Shown here: piece after piece, positions 10,019-19,919 of the stretch | Layout of the letters: each line of letters opens with the position of its first letter | Position numbering within the stretch: the first letter of the stretch is position 1 | Assembly: GCA_963845565.1 (NCBI GenBank) | Contig: CAWJSJ010000002.1 | Coordinates: forward strand, 1,088,001 to 1,152,000 | Source of the DNA: an uncultured Methylomirabilota bacterium | GTDB taxonomy: Bacteria > Methylomirabilota > Methylomirabilia > Methylomirabilales > 2-02-FULL-66-22 | Direction of reading: 5' to 3' | DNA: 64,000 bases | Position numbers and translations under genes: made by a program | The notes under the pieces: generated by a model | Told to the model about the DNA's origin: nothing | Database searches by the model: none | Seen by the model: only the letters and a program-made list of their open reading frames with translations

Positions 10019-10521
10019 GGCAGCGGATCGTCATCAGCGGCCGCGGGGGGCAAGGCGTCCTCACCCTGACGCGGGTGGTGGCCGAGGCGGCCGCCCTGGC
10101 GGGGCACGAGGTCATCACCACGGAAACGCACGGCATGGCCCAGCGGGGCGGGGCGGTCCTCTCCACGATCAAGGTCGGCGCGTTCCACGGCCCGCTCATC
10201 GCCCCGGGGGAGGCGGAGGTCGGCCTCTTTCTCCACGCGGACAATCTGCCGGTGCACGGCCACTACCTGCGGCCCGGGGGCGCCGTCGTCGTCAACGGGT
10301 GCGCCGCTCCCGGGCGCGACGCCGTGGATGCGGACCGGCTGGCCGGCCTGGCCGGCCAGCGCAGGGGCGCCAACCTCGCCCTGCTGGGCTACGCGGCCGG
10401 CAAGGGCGTCCTGTTTGCGGGGCCCGACCTTTTCGAGGAGACCATCCGACAGACCACGCCGGCGAAATACCTCGAAGGGAACCTGGGCGCCTTCCGGGCG
10501 GGCCTCGGGGCGTCGCGATGA
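10015..10521 (+). CDS. iorB: Indolepyruvate oxidoreductase beta subunit
   Basis: ISGRGGQGV and ETHGMAQRGG motifs; ATGA overlap with iorA. Confidence 0.9.
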   Translation: MRQRIVISGRGGQGVLTLTRVVAEAAALAGHEVITTETHGMAQRGGAVLSTIKVGAFHGPLIAPGEAEVGLFLHADNLPVHGHYLRPGGAVVVNGCAAPGRDAVDADRLAGLAGQRRGANLALLGYAAGKGVLFAGPDLFEETIRQTTPAKYLEGNLGAFRAGLGASR

Positions 10522-11522
10522 CGGCGCCGGCCGCTGCCATCGGCTACGCCGGGCGGCATCGCACGGGCCTCACGATCCTGGGCGTCTCGCTGGCCCTGGC
10601 GCTGGTGCCGCTCGTCCTCGCCAATCCGTGGCGGCTGGGGATCCTGAATCTCATCGCCCTCCACGCCATTGCGGCGCTGGGGCTCAACCTCTTCATCGGC
10701 TATGCCGGGCAGATCTCGCTGGGGCACGCCGCCTTCTTCGGGCTGGGGGCCTACGGCTCCGCCATACTCACCACGGCGGGCGGAATGCCGCCCTGGGCGG
10801 CCCTCCCGTTGACCGCGGCCGGCGTGGCACTGACCGCCCTGGTCGTCGGCATCCCGACGCTCAAGCTCTCGGGTCATTACCTGGCCATGGCGACGCTGGG
10901 TTTCAACGTCGTGGTTCACCACGCCTTCGTCCAGTGGGATGGCCTCACCGGCGGTCCCAGCGGGCTGACCGGCATCCCGGCGTTCGGGCTCCTGGGGATA
11001 ATGATTCAGGGGGAGGTGCCGCACTACTACCTGCTCTGGGGGACGGCAATGGTGGCGCTGACCCTGGCGGTCAACTTCGTCCGAAGCGGTGTGGGGCGGG
11101 GCCTCGCCGCCCTGGCGGCGGACGAGACGGCTGCTGCGGCCATGGGAGTCGATGTTCGCCGTGGGAAGATCGCGGTGTTCACCATCTCGGCGGTGTTCGC
11201 CTCGGTGGGGGGAAGCCTCTTCGCCCATTACCTGGGCACCATCACCCCGGACACGTTCGGCATCTTCGCCTCGATCGATCTCGTCATCATGGTGGTCGTC
11301 GGCGGCCTGGGATCCCTGTGGGGCAGCCTCGCCGGGGCCGCGTTCGTGACGGTCCTGCCGCATCTCCTGGGGCCCCTGGAGGGCTACAAGGACATCCTGC
11401 ATGGCGCGATCGTCGTGGTCGTGCTTCTGGTCCTGCCCCGGGGGCTCCTGACCGGCCTGGCAGACCTGGCGAAGGCGCAGATGGCCCGTCGCTGGTCCGC
11501 CCTGACCGGCCGGCCGGCCTGA
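10518..11522 (+). CDS. livM: Branched-chain amino acid-type ABC permease
   Basis: GYAGQISLGHAAFFGLGAY, YLAMATLGF, TGGPSG. Confidence 0.9.
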   Translation: MTAPAAAIGYAGRHRTGLTILGVSLALALVPLVLANPWRLGILNLIALHAIAALGLNLFIGYAGQISLGHAAFFGLGAYGSAILTTAGGMPPWAALPLTAAGVALTALVVGIPTLKLSGHYLAMATLGFNVVVHHAFVQWDGLTGGPSGLTGIPAFGLLGIMIQGEVPHYYLLWGTAMVALTLAVNFVRSGVGRGLAALAADETAAAAMGVDVRRGKIAVFTISAVFASVGGSLFAHYLGTITPDTFGIFASIDLVIMVVVGGLGSLWGSLAGAAFVTVLPHLLGPLEGYKDILHGAIVVVVLLVLPRGLLTGLADLAKAQMARRWSALTGRPA

Positions 11523-11531
11523 GGTATACGC

Positions 11532-12323
11532 GTGACCAGCGTCGCATCCGCGCAGCGGCTCCTGGAGATCACGGGCCTGACAAAGCATTTCGGCGGGCTC
11601 CCGGCGCTCCACGAGGTGGGATTCGCGGTGGAGCGGGGGACGGTGACGGCGCTCATCGGCCCCAACGGCGCCGGCAAGACGACGCTCATCAACTGCCTGA
11701 CCGGCGTCCTGCAACCGGACCGCGGGGCGATGGCGTTCGACGGCCACGCGCTGTCGGGGTTGCCCCCGCACCGGATCGCCAGGCTGGGGATCGCTCGCAC
11801 CTTTCAGAACCTGCGTCTCTTTGCGGCCCTGTCGGTCCTGGACAACGTGCTGTGCGGGCTGTCGGCCCAAGCCGGAGACTCGTTCGTGGAGGCCTTCGTG
11901 CGGACGCCCGCGCTGCGCCACCGCGAGCGGCGACTCCGGCTCACCGCCCTGGAGGCGCTGGACACCTTCGGCCTGGCGGATCGCGCCGCCGTCCCGGCCG
12001 ATGCGCTGTCCTACGGCGAGAAGAAGCGGCTGGACCTGGCGCGGGCGTTCGTCTCGAACCCCACGCTGGTGCTCCTGGACGAACCGGTGGCCGGGCTCAA
12101 TCCGGACGAGACCGAGAGGGTGGGGGCGCTCATCCGACAGATGCGGCGCCGGGGCGCCACGCTGCTTCTGGTAGAGCACGACATGGACCTCGTGATGTCG
12201 GTCTCTGACCGGGTGGTCGTGCTGGACGGTGGGCGGCGGATCGCTGAGGGCACGCCGGACGACGTGCGGCGCAATCCCCTGGTCCTCGAAGCGTATCTGG
12301 GCAAGGTGAGTTTGACGGCATGA
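11532..12323 (+). CDS. livG: ABC ATP-binding protein
   Basis: GPNGAGKTT, RTFQN, LSYG, LLDEP, EHDM. Confidence 0.92.
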   Translation: MTSVASAQRLLEITGLTKHFGGLPALHEVGFAVERGTVTALIGPNGAGKTTLINCLTGVLQPDRGAMAFDGHALSGLPPHRIARLGIARTFQNLRLFAALSVLDNVLCGLSAQAGDSFVEAFVRTPALRHRERRLRLTALEALDTFGLADRAAVPADALSYGEKKRLDLARAFVSNPTLVLLDEPVAGLNPDETERVGALIRQMRRRGATLLLVEHDMDLVMSVSDRVVVLDGGRRIAEGTPDDVRRNPLVLEAYLGKVSLTA

Positions 12324-14434
12324 CAGACCTGGAACCGCGGAAGACGCTGCTCGAGATCGAGGGGTTGACCCTCCACTACGGGGCCGCCCAGGCCCTCTTC
12401 GGCATCGACCTCCGGGTTGCGGCAGGAGAGACCGTCGCGATCGTGGGGGCCAACGGTGCGGGGAAGTCGAGCCTCCTCCGGGCGATCACCGGCCTGGTGC
12501 CTCCCTCGGGCGGCCGCGTCCTGCTGGATGGCCGGGATGTGACCGGGCATCCGCCGTCGCGCATGGCGGCGCTGGGGGTGACCCTCTCGCCGGAAGGGCG
12601 CGAGATGTTCAGCGACCTCAGTGTCCGGGAGAACCTCGTGCTGGGCGCGCTGGCCAGCGCGCCGGACAAGGCGGAACTGGGGCGCCGGCTGGAGGAGGTG
12701 TTCCGACGGTTTCCCAAGCTCCGGGAGCGGTCCGGTCAACCCACCGCCACGCTGTCCGGGGGCGAGCAGCAGATGGTGGCCATCGGGCGGGCGCTGATGG
12801 CCCGGCCACGGCTCTTGCTCCTGGACGAGCCGAGCCTGGGTCTCGCGCCGCTGGTGACCGACGAGATCTTCGACATCATCCACCAGCTCGCGCGCGCCGG
12901 GACCACCATCCTGCTGGTGGAACAGAATGCCGCCCGGGCGCTGACGGCGTCCGGCACGGCCCACCTCCTCGCCAACGGTCGCATCGTCCGCTCGGGGAGG
13001 AGCGAGGCGCTGCTGGTCCATCCGGAGCTGCGCCGCGCGTTCCTGGGGGCGGCCTCCAAGAACAATCCCGCGCAGAGTCGCCTGGGAGCCGCCGGTTTGA
13101 CCAATATCCTACTGGAGAAGCCCGACATGAGCCGACTGTCCTTCATGCCCCCGTTCACCTCCGAGGACGCCCTCCGCGCCCACCAGCTTGCGGGTCTCGC
13201 CTGGACCGTGCGGCACGCCCGGGAAGGCTCGCCGTTCTACCGGGAACGGTTGGACGCGACCGGGATCGGCCCCGACGACATGCGCGCGCTGGAGGATGTC
13301 GCCAAGCTTCCACTGACCACCGCCGACGACCTCCGGGACCACTATCCGTTTCCGCTCCGCGCCGTCCCGTACGAGCAGATCGTGCGGATCCATTCGTCGT
13401 CGGGGACCACCGGCAAGCGGAAGATCCTGTGCTACACCCAGAAGGACGTGGATGACTGGGCCCACTTTTTCGCGCGGTGCTACGAGATGGCCGGCGTGAC
13501 GCCGCTCGATCGGGTCCAGATCGCGGTCGGGTACGGCCTGTGGACGGCCGGCGTGGGCTTCCAGGCGGGGTGCGAGCGAATCGGCGCCATGGCGGTGCCC
13601 ACCGGCCCGGGAAACCTGGACCTGCAGTGCGAGTTCCTGGTGGACCTCCAGTCCACGGTCCTGTGCTGCACCGCCTCGATGGGGCTCCTGTTGGCCGAGG
13701 AGATCCACAAGCGGGGCCTGGCGGAGAAGATCAACCTCAAAAAGGTCATCTACGGCTCGGAGCGGTCGTCGCGGTCGATGCGGAAGAGGATCTCGGATCT
13801 CCTGGGGGGCGCCGAGCTCTTCGACATCCCAGGCCTCACCGAGCTCTACGGCCCGGGCACGGGGATCGAGTGCCCGCACCACGACTGCATCCACTACTGG
13901 GCCGATTATTACCTGCTGGAGATCCTCGATCCCGATACGCTGCAACCGGTGCCGCCCGGCGAGTGGGGCGAGATGGTGGTCACCACGCTGGCGAAAGAGG
14001 GGGCGCCGCTCATCCGGTACCGGACCCGCGACGTCACCCGGATCATCCCGGGGGCCTGCACGTGCGGGTCGATCCTCCCGCGCCATTCGAGGATCCGGGG
14101 GCGGACCGACGACGTGTTCAAGTTCCGGGGCGTGAACATTTACCCGTCGACCATCGACGCGATCTTGTCGTCCATTCCCGGTCTCGGCTCGGAGTACCAG
14201 ATCCACCTCACTCGCGATGCCGAGCTGCGCGAACGCATGCGTTTGGTCGCGGAACGGGGCCCCGGAGTGGAGTCGAAGCGGAGCGACGAGCTTCAGCGCG
14301 AGATCGTCCATAACATCAAGCGGCGGGTCATGGTGACCGCCGATGTCGAGGTGGCAGAGTACGGGTCTTTGCCCCGATCCGAGCGCAAGACGCAGCGTGT
14401 GTTTGATACGCGCATCCAGGATCCGATCGTCTAG
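12320..14434 (+). CDS. Fusion of LivF-type ABC ATPase and phenylacetate-CoA ligase (PaaK family)
   Basis: N-terminal GANGAGKS/LSGGEQQ/LDEPSLG; C-terminal HSSSGTTGK, GLTELYGPG, RYRTRD, GRTDD..KFRGVNIYP; single open frame of 704 aa. Confidence 0.88.
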   Translation: MTDLEPRKTLLEIEGLTLHYGAAQALFGIDLRVAAGETVAIVGANGAGKSSLLRAITGLVPPSGGRVLLDGRDVTGHPPSRMAALGVTLSPEGREMFSDLSVRENLVLGALASAPDKAELGRRLEEVFRRFPKLRERSGQPTATLSGGEQQMVAIGRALMARPRLLLLDEPSLGLAPLVTDEIFDIIHQLARAGTTILLVEQNAARALTASGTAHLLANGRIVRSGRSEALLVHPELRRAFLGAASKNNPAQSRLGAAGLTNILLEKPDMSRLSFMPPFTSEDALRAHQLAGLAWTVRHAREGSPFYRERLDATGIGPDDMRALEDVAKLPLTTADDLRDHYPFPLRAVPYEQIVRIHSSSGTTGKRKILCYTQKDVDDWAHFFARCYEMAGVTPLDRVQIAVGYGLWTAGVGFQAGCERIGAMAVPTGPGNLDLQCEFLVDLQSTVLCCTASMGLLLAEEIHKRGLAEKINLKKVIYGSERSSRSMRKRISDLLGGAELFDIPGLTELYGPGTGIECPHHDCIHYWADYYLLEILDPDTLQPVPPGEWGEMVVTTLAKEGAPLIRYRTRDVTRIIPGACTCGSILPRHSRIRGRTDDVFKFRGVNIYPSTIDAILSSIPGLGSEYQIHLTRDAELRERMRLVAERGPGVESKRSDELQREIVHNIKRRVMVTADVEVAEYGSLPRSERKTQRVFDTRIQDPIV

Positions 14435-14436
14435 GC

Positions 14437-14590
14437 GGCTGCTGAAAAAGGCCCATCTGCTGCGTTGGGCCGCTTAGGCGCTCGTTGCGGCGTACCTGGG
14501 GTACGCCTCACTCGGCCTTGCGCGTCCCGCCTTGCATCTGGACCTTTTTGAGCAGCCTAGGGGAAAGCGGGTTTTGCCGAATCCTGCTAG
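14437..14590. repeat. Palindromic intergenic repeat, copy 2, with degenerate third arm ending CCTGCTAG
   Basis: GGCTGCTGAAAAAGG...GGCGTAC-N5-GTACGCC...CCTTTTTGAGCAGCC (to 14557) plus tail. Confidence 0.9.
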
Positions 14591-14614
14591 GCATCTAACC
14601 TGTAAGAGGGGGGA

Positions 14615-15781
14615 ATGGTCATGAAAACGCGGATCGTCGTCATCGTTGCGCTGGTCCTATGCTGTGTCAGCTCGGCGTCGTTCGCCGGAGAATCCATCAA
14701 GGTGGGGGCCTTCTTCGCCCTGTCCGGGCCCGCCGCCAACATCGGCACGCCCACGAAGCTGGTGGCCCAGATGGCCGTGGACAAGATCAACAAGGAAGGC
14801 GGCATCAATGGCCGCCCCATCGAGCTGGTCATCGGCGACACGGAGAGCGATCCGGCCAAGGCGGCGGTCATCGCCAAGAAGTTCATCTTCAACGACAAGG
14901 TCGCGGCGATCATCGGCCCCACCACCACCGCGGAGGGAATGAGCGTCAAAAAGATCGTCGAGGAGGCGGGGGTGCCGACCTTCATGGCCGTCGGCGGCGA
15001 CCCGGTGATCATGGGGGGCAATTTCGGCGCCTACACCTATGTGTTCAAGTCGCCGCAGCGCTCGTCCACCGCGGTCCGGAAGCTCTATGGCTACCTCAAG
15101 ACCAAGGGGCTCACCAAGATCGCGCTCTTCACCGCATCGGATTCGTTCGGGAAGGACGGGCTGGGCTGGCTGGAGAGGCTCGCACCGGAGTTCGGCATCA
15201 CGTTGGCAGCCAAAGAGTCGTTCGGTCCGGCCGACACCGATATGACGGCCCAGTTGACCAAGATCCGGAATGCCGCACCGCAGGCGATCGTCAGCTGGAC
15301 GATCGGTCCGGTGGGATCCATCGTGGCCAAGAACAAGGCCCAGCTCGGCATCACGACGCCGCTCTTCCAGTGCCACGGGCTCCCCGATCCGAAATACATC
15401 GAGCTGGCAGGCAAGGCGTCGGAGGGGGACCGCATGCCGGCCACCAAGCTCATGGTGGGGGACGCGTTGCCGGGTTCGGACCCCCAGAAAAAAGTCATCA
15501 CGGATTTCATCGCCCTCTACCGCGACGTCTACAAGTACGACAAGGAGTTCCCCATCAACACGCACTCGGGGTACGCCTGGGACGCGATCAGCATCGTGGC
15601 CAACGCCATGAAGAAGGCCGGGACAGATCCCAAGGCGCTGCGCGCGGCCATCGAGCAGACCACGGGCTACGTGGGGATCTCCGGCGTGTACAACCTGACC
15701 GCCGAGGACCATAACGGCTTGGACGTGGACTCCATGGTCATGGTGCAGGTGAAGGACGGGAAGTTCGTCCCGGCGGAGTAA
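14615..15781 (+). CDS. LivK-type ABC substrate-binding protein
   Basis: Signal peptide; INKEGGINGRPIEL..GDTESDP; periplasmic binding protein type I pattern. Confidence 0.9.
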   Translation: MVMKTRIVVIVALVLCCVSSASFAGESIKVGAFFALSGPAANIGTPTKLVAQMAVDKINKEGGINGRPIELVIGDTESDPAKAAVIAKKFIFNDKVAAIIGPTTTAEGMSVKKIVEEAGVPTFMAVGGDPVIMGGNFGAYTYVFKSPQRSSTAVRKLYGYLKTKGLTKIALFTASDSFGKDGLGWLERLAPEFGITLAAKESFGPADTDMTAQLTKIRNAAPQAIVSWTIGPVGSIVAKNKAQLGITTPLFQCHGLPDPKYIELAGKASEGDRMPATKLMVGDALPGSDPQKKVITDFIALYRDVYKYDKEFPINTHSGYAWDAISIVANAMKKAGTDPKALRAAIEQTTGYVGISGVYNLTAEDHNGLDVDSMVMVQVKDGKFVPAE

Positions 15782-17628
15782 TGGCGGCAGGAGGTGTGGT
15801 GGAAAACGTTCGGCGCATCGTGAAGCGGATGTGGGGCTACGATGCCCTGCTTCCGCTGCAGGAAGAGGCCATCGGCGCGGTCTTGGCCCGGCGGGACTCC
15901 ATCGTCATCCTGCCGACGGGCGGCGGCAAGTCGCTCTGTTACCAGGCGCCGGCGGCTGCCCTGGGGAAGCTGGCGGTGGTGGTGTCGCCGCTGATCTCGC
16001 TGATGAAGGATCAGGTGGATGGCCTCACCGCCGCCGGGGTGCCGGCGGCGCTCCTGAACAGCAGCCTGACGGCCGAGGAGCGGCGCCGGGTCGAGGCGGA
16101 GGTCGCCCGGGGCAAGTACCACCTCCTGTATGTTGCGCCGGAGCGGCTGGTGCTGCCGACCTGCCTGGGGTTGCTCAGGCGGGCCGGCGTGGCGTTCTTC
16201 GCGATTGACGAGGCCCACTGCATCAGCCAGTGGGGACACGACTTCCGGCCGGAATACCGGCAGCTCGCCGTTCTGCGAGACGCCTTTCCGGACGCGGCCA
16301 TCCATGCCTTCACGGCCACCGCCACACCGCGGGTGCGGACGGACATTGCCGCCGAGTTGGCGCTGCGTGACCCTGCGATCCTGGTTGGGAGCTTCGACCG
16401 CCCGAACTTGGTCTATCGGGTCCGCCAGCGCACGGACCGGCTGCGGCAGATCACCGAGGCGCTGGAGCGGCACCGGGGAGAGGCCGGGATCATTTACTGC
16501 ATCCGGCGGGCGGAGGTGGATCAGCTCGCCGATGCGCTCCGCCGCCGCGGCATCCGGGCCGTGGCGTATCACGCCGGGCTGGGAGACGATCTGCGCAAGC
16601 GCGCCCAGGACGACTTCATCACGGAGCGGGCGGATGTGGTGGTGGCCACGGTGGCGTTCGGGATGGGGATAGACCGGTCCGACGTCCGGTTCGTGATCCA
16701 CGCCGGCATGCCCAAATCCATCGAGCACTATCAGCAGGAGGCGGGCCGGGCCGGGCGGGACGGGCTGCCGGCCGAGTGCCTGCTGCTCTATTCCGGCGGC
16801 GACTACGGCCTGTGGCGGTCCATCCTGATGGCCGAGGGGCTTCCGGCGCCCGGTGCCATCCCGAAACTCGGCGAGATGTACGACTACTGCCAGCAGGCCG
16901 TCTGCCGACACCGTGCCCTGGTGGAGTACTTCGGCCAATCCTACGGCGACGCGCCGTGCGGGGCCTGCGACGTCTGCCTGGGCGAGGTGACGACCGAGGA
17001 CGGCTCGACGGCGCTGGCCGGGCAGATTCTCGCCTGCGTCGTCGAAATGGGGGAGGGGTTCGGGGCCGACTACGTGGCGGATGTTCTCCGGGGGGCCGAG
17101 ACCGCCCGGATCGCCCGGATGCGCCACGAACGGCTGGAGGCCTACGGACTGCTGCGCCAGGTCCCCAAGGCGACCGTCCGGAACTGGATCGCGCAACTCG
17201 AGGGCCAAGGGTGCCTGGTCCGCGAGGGGGACGAGTACCCGACGCTCGGCGTGACCACGCAGGGCCATCGAGTCCGGCGAGGCGAGGAGACCGTGTCGCT
17301 TCTCCGGACGATCGCTCGCCCCGCGCCCCGCGCCCCGCGCCCCGTTCCGGCCGCGGCCGCGGCCGGCGCGACGAGCGACGAGGAGCTGTTCGAAACGCTG
17401 CGCGCCCTCCGCCGGACCATGGCCGAGGAGCGGGGCATCCCACCGTATCTCATCTTCAACGACGCCAGTCTTCGCGAGATGGCTCGCGAACGCCCTACCA
17501 CCGAGGAAGCGTTCCTGCAGGTCAAGGGAGTGGGTCTGCGCAAGCTCCAGGAGCTCGGCCCGCGCTTCCTGGCGTGTATCCGAGCACAACCAGAGGAGCG
17601 CGCGAACACCGCTCCGTCTTCTCCCTGA
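15781..17628 (+). CDS. recQ: ATP-dependent DNA helicase RecQ (true start possibly GTG 15796/15799)
   Basis: PTGGGKSLCYQ, DEAHC, QWGHDFRPEY, YQQEAGRAGRDG, Zn-binding CGACDVC, HRDC domain. Confidence 0.95.
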   Translation: MAAGGVVENVRRIVKRMWGYDALLPLQEEAIGAVLARRDSIVILPTGGGKSLCYQAPAAALGKLAVVVSPLISLMKDQVDGLTAAGVPAALLNSSLTAEERRRVEAEVARGKYHLLYVAPERLVLPTCLGLLRRAGVAFFAIDEAHCISQWGHDFRPEYRQLAVLRDAFPDAAIHAFTATATPRVRTDIAAELALRDPAILVGSFDRPNLVYRVRQRTDRLRQITEALERHRGEAGIIYCIRRAEVDQLADALRRRGIRAVAYHAGLGDDLRKRAQDDFITERADVVVATVAFGMGIDRSDVRFVIHAGMPKSIEHYQQEAGRAGRDGLPAECLLLYSGGDYGLWRSILMAEGLPAPGAIPKLGEMYDYCQQAVCRHRALVEYFGQSYGDAPCGACDVCLGEVTTEDGSTALAGQILACVVEMGEGFGADYVADVLRGAETARIARMRHERLEAYGLLRQVPKATVRNWIAQLEGQGCLVREGDEYPTLGVTTQGHRVRRGEETVSLLRTIARPAPRAPRPVPAAAAAGATSDEELFETLRALRRTMAEERGIPPYLIFNDASLREMARERPTTEEAFLQVKGVGLRKLQELGPRFLACIRAQPEERANTAPSSP

Positions 17629-17688
17629 TCTGCCCCGCCCTCGCCCTGCCGCGATGGATACCCACCGGATTGGCCATGCCGTCCGGTG

Positions 17689-17704
17689 TGGCACTGCTTA
17701 TGCA
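17689..17704 (+). promoter_or_regulatory. Putative sigma54 (-24/-12) promoter
   Basis: TGGCAC-TGCTT-ATGCA, GG-N10-GC spacing, in an AT-richer intergenic region. Confidence 0.55.
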
Positions 17705-17923
17705 AAGTTCACTTTAGTGCATTCCGGTTGATGTTATTTCAAAAAGGGCAAGCCGTTACTCCGATCAACGCGGCTACCTTTTGAAAACAAAGGGATTATT
17801 GGATTCCCCGGGGATGTCCCGGCGGGCGATTCCCGCAAAGTCGGACGTGAGAATCAGCCCCTGGGACTGACGGAACCGTTCGTATTCACTGACGTTTTTT
17901 GCAGGGACGGCGGAGATTCACCG

Positions 17924-19879
17924 GTGCCTGACCCGAGACTGGAGCCAAACGACAAGGAGCAGCAACCCGTCCTGGGCGAGGGGCCATGGAACGACAAGGT
18001 CCTGGTGGACGCCATCGGCTACACCAAGGGCTTGGTCGCCATCCTCGATTCCCTGACCGATGGGTTCCAGCGGCGGGGCGGGAGATCGAGGAGCAGCGCC
18101 ACCGCCTCGCCATCCTGCAGAGCGAACGGCGCGCGATCCAGGAGGGGCGCGCCGAGTTCGAAGCGCAGATCAGTGCGCTGACGGCCGAGCGGGACGGGCT
18201 CCAGGCCACGCTGGGCGGGCGCGATCGAGAGCTCGAGCGGCTTCGGCAGGAGGTGGCTCAGGGGCAGGCCGCGCTGGACGCGCGTCTGCGAGAGATCCAG
18301 GAACTCCAGGCCGGGATGGCAGAGCCGGCCCGACAGGCCGAGGAACTCCGGGAAGTCGTCCGTGCGCTGGAGCGACAGCTGCAAAAGGCGCGTCAGGCGC
18401 CCGGCCGATCGCCGAAAGACGAGAGCCGCGGCGGACGATCCGCTGAAGGCGTCGTACCACGACCTGGTCGGGTTGCAGGAGTTGATCTCGGATTACCAGC
18501 GCACCGGCGAAGCCGAGGTCGCCGGCCTCACGGCCGAGCGGGACGGGCTGCGGGCCGAGATCGCGGAGCGCGACCGGGAGATCGAGCGGCTCCGAGAGGA
18601 CGTGGCCCAGGGGCAGGTCGCGCTGGATGTCCGTCTGGGCGAGATTCGGGAGCTTCAGGTCCGTGTGGCAGAGCCGGCCCGCCAGGCGGAAGAACTTCGG
18701 GAGATTGTCCGGGGCCTGCAGCGGGAGCGGGAGAGCCTGACGCATCGCCAGGCAATCCTGGAGGCCGAGCTCGAAGAGGAGCGGCGTCAGGCGCGCGAGG
18801 CCGCCGCGCGCGCGACCCAGGCGCAGGCGGCGCTCCGTGAAGACCTCACCGATGCGGAGAACATCCTGGCCGGCCTGCGGAAAGATATCGCCGGTGCGCA
18901 AGGATTGGCCACCAGCCTCCGCCGAACGGCCGATGAGGAGCGTTCTCGCACCAGCCTGCTTCAAGAGCAGCTCCGGTTCCAGACGGTCGAGGTCGCGCGC
19001 TTGACCGCGGCCATTCACGGCGCGCAGACGCTGTTCAGCGAACTGGTGGACGCCCTCGGCGGAGAGGCGGGCGCATCCCGCCCGGGGTGGGAACCCAGCG
19101 CGCAGCGGCGCGAATGGGCCGAGCTGGCCGAGCTGGTGGGGGGATCGGAGGACGCGGCGAATCTTGGCCGCGAAGCGCTCACCGTTCTGCAACCCGTGCT
19201 CGAGGGGCTGCGGGGCATCCTGGGGCCTGTCGACGGTGCAGCAATCCAGGCCCCGCGAACGGCCGCGGACGAAGCGCCGGTCCGGCAGCGCGCCCAGCAG
19301 ATCGCCGACCGGTGGCGGCAGGTGTTGCGAGAGCGAGCGGATTCGACCCAGAGGGAGCGGCAGCTCCGCGAGGAGAACGAACGCCTGTCCGCGGAGCTGG
19401 CCGCGACGAAGGACGGCCGAGACGCACGACGAGACGATCAGCGGTCCGCGCCCACGCGCGATCGTCGCGCCCCCGCGGCCGAGGTTGTCGCGCCGCACGG
19501 CACGGGAGAGAAGAGCCTCCGACGCGGCGCCGGCGGCAAGGAGGCGGCCGCGCCGGCCGCACCACAGAAAGCGCCCAAGCGCCGCGCCGCGCTGTCGGGC
19601 ATGACCGTGGAGTGCACGCTGGAGACGTCCGGCGGAGACGCCGCCCGCATCCTGCGCGGCGAGATCATCCGCATCAACACGATGGGCTTGATGGGCGCCT
19701 TCGAGGAGCAGTTCCCGGAAGGCCGACGCGTGGCCGTCCGATTCGTGCGGGGTGGCGAAGAATTCACGTTCCCCGGACGGATCGTCCGGGTGCAGCAAGC
19801 CGTCACCGCCCCCGATGCGCCTGCGGTCTTCAACCACCTGATCCGATTCGAATCCCCCGTGGCAAGCCCCGACGCGTAA
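17924..19879 (+). CDS. Long coiled-coil protein with C-terminal PilZ-like beta-barrel (two frameshifts near 18075 and 18420 as assembled)
   Basis: Three overlapping ORFs join into a continuous heptad-rich sequence; C-terminus GEIIRINTMG...GRIVRV...HLIRFE. Confidence 0.65.
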
Positions 19880-19919
19880 CCGGCCCCGGAAGATCCGCCC
19901 ACATCCCCACAGGAATCGG

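Noticed and set aside
8093..12179. Long antisense and alternate-frame ORFs (e.g. 8093-9970, 10389-12179; also 15667-17694, 24137-25987, 52764-54707)
   Set aside because: Shadow ORFs typical of high-GC DNA; they overlap well-supported genes and have no recognisable motifs.
17737..17870. c-di-GMP-I (GEMM) riboswitch upstream of the PilZ genes
   Set aside because: GGGCAAG and CGCAAAG fragments are present, but the GNRA-capped P2 stem and the spacing do not fit.
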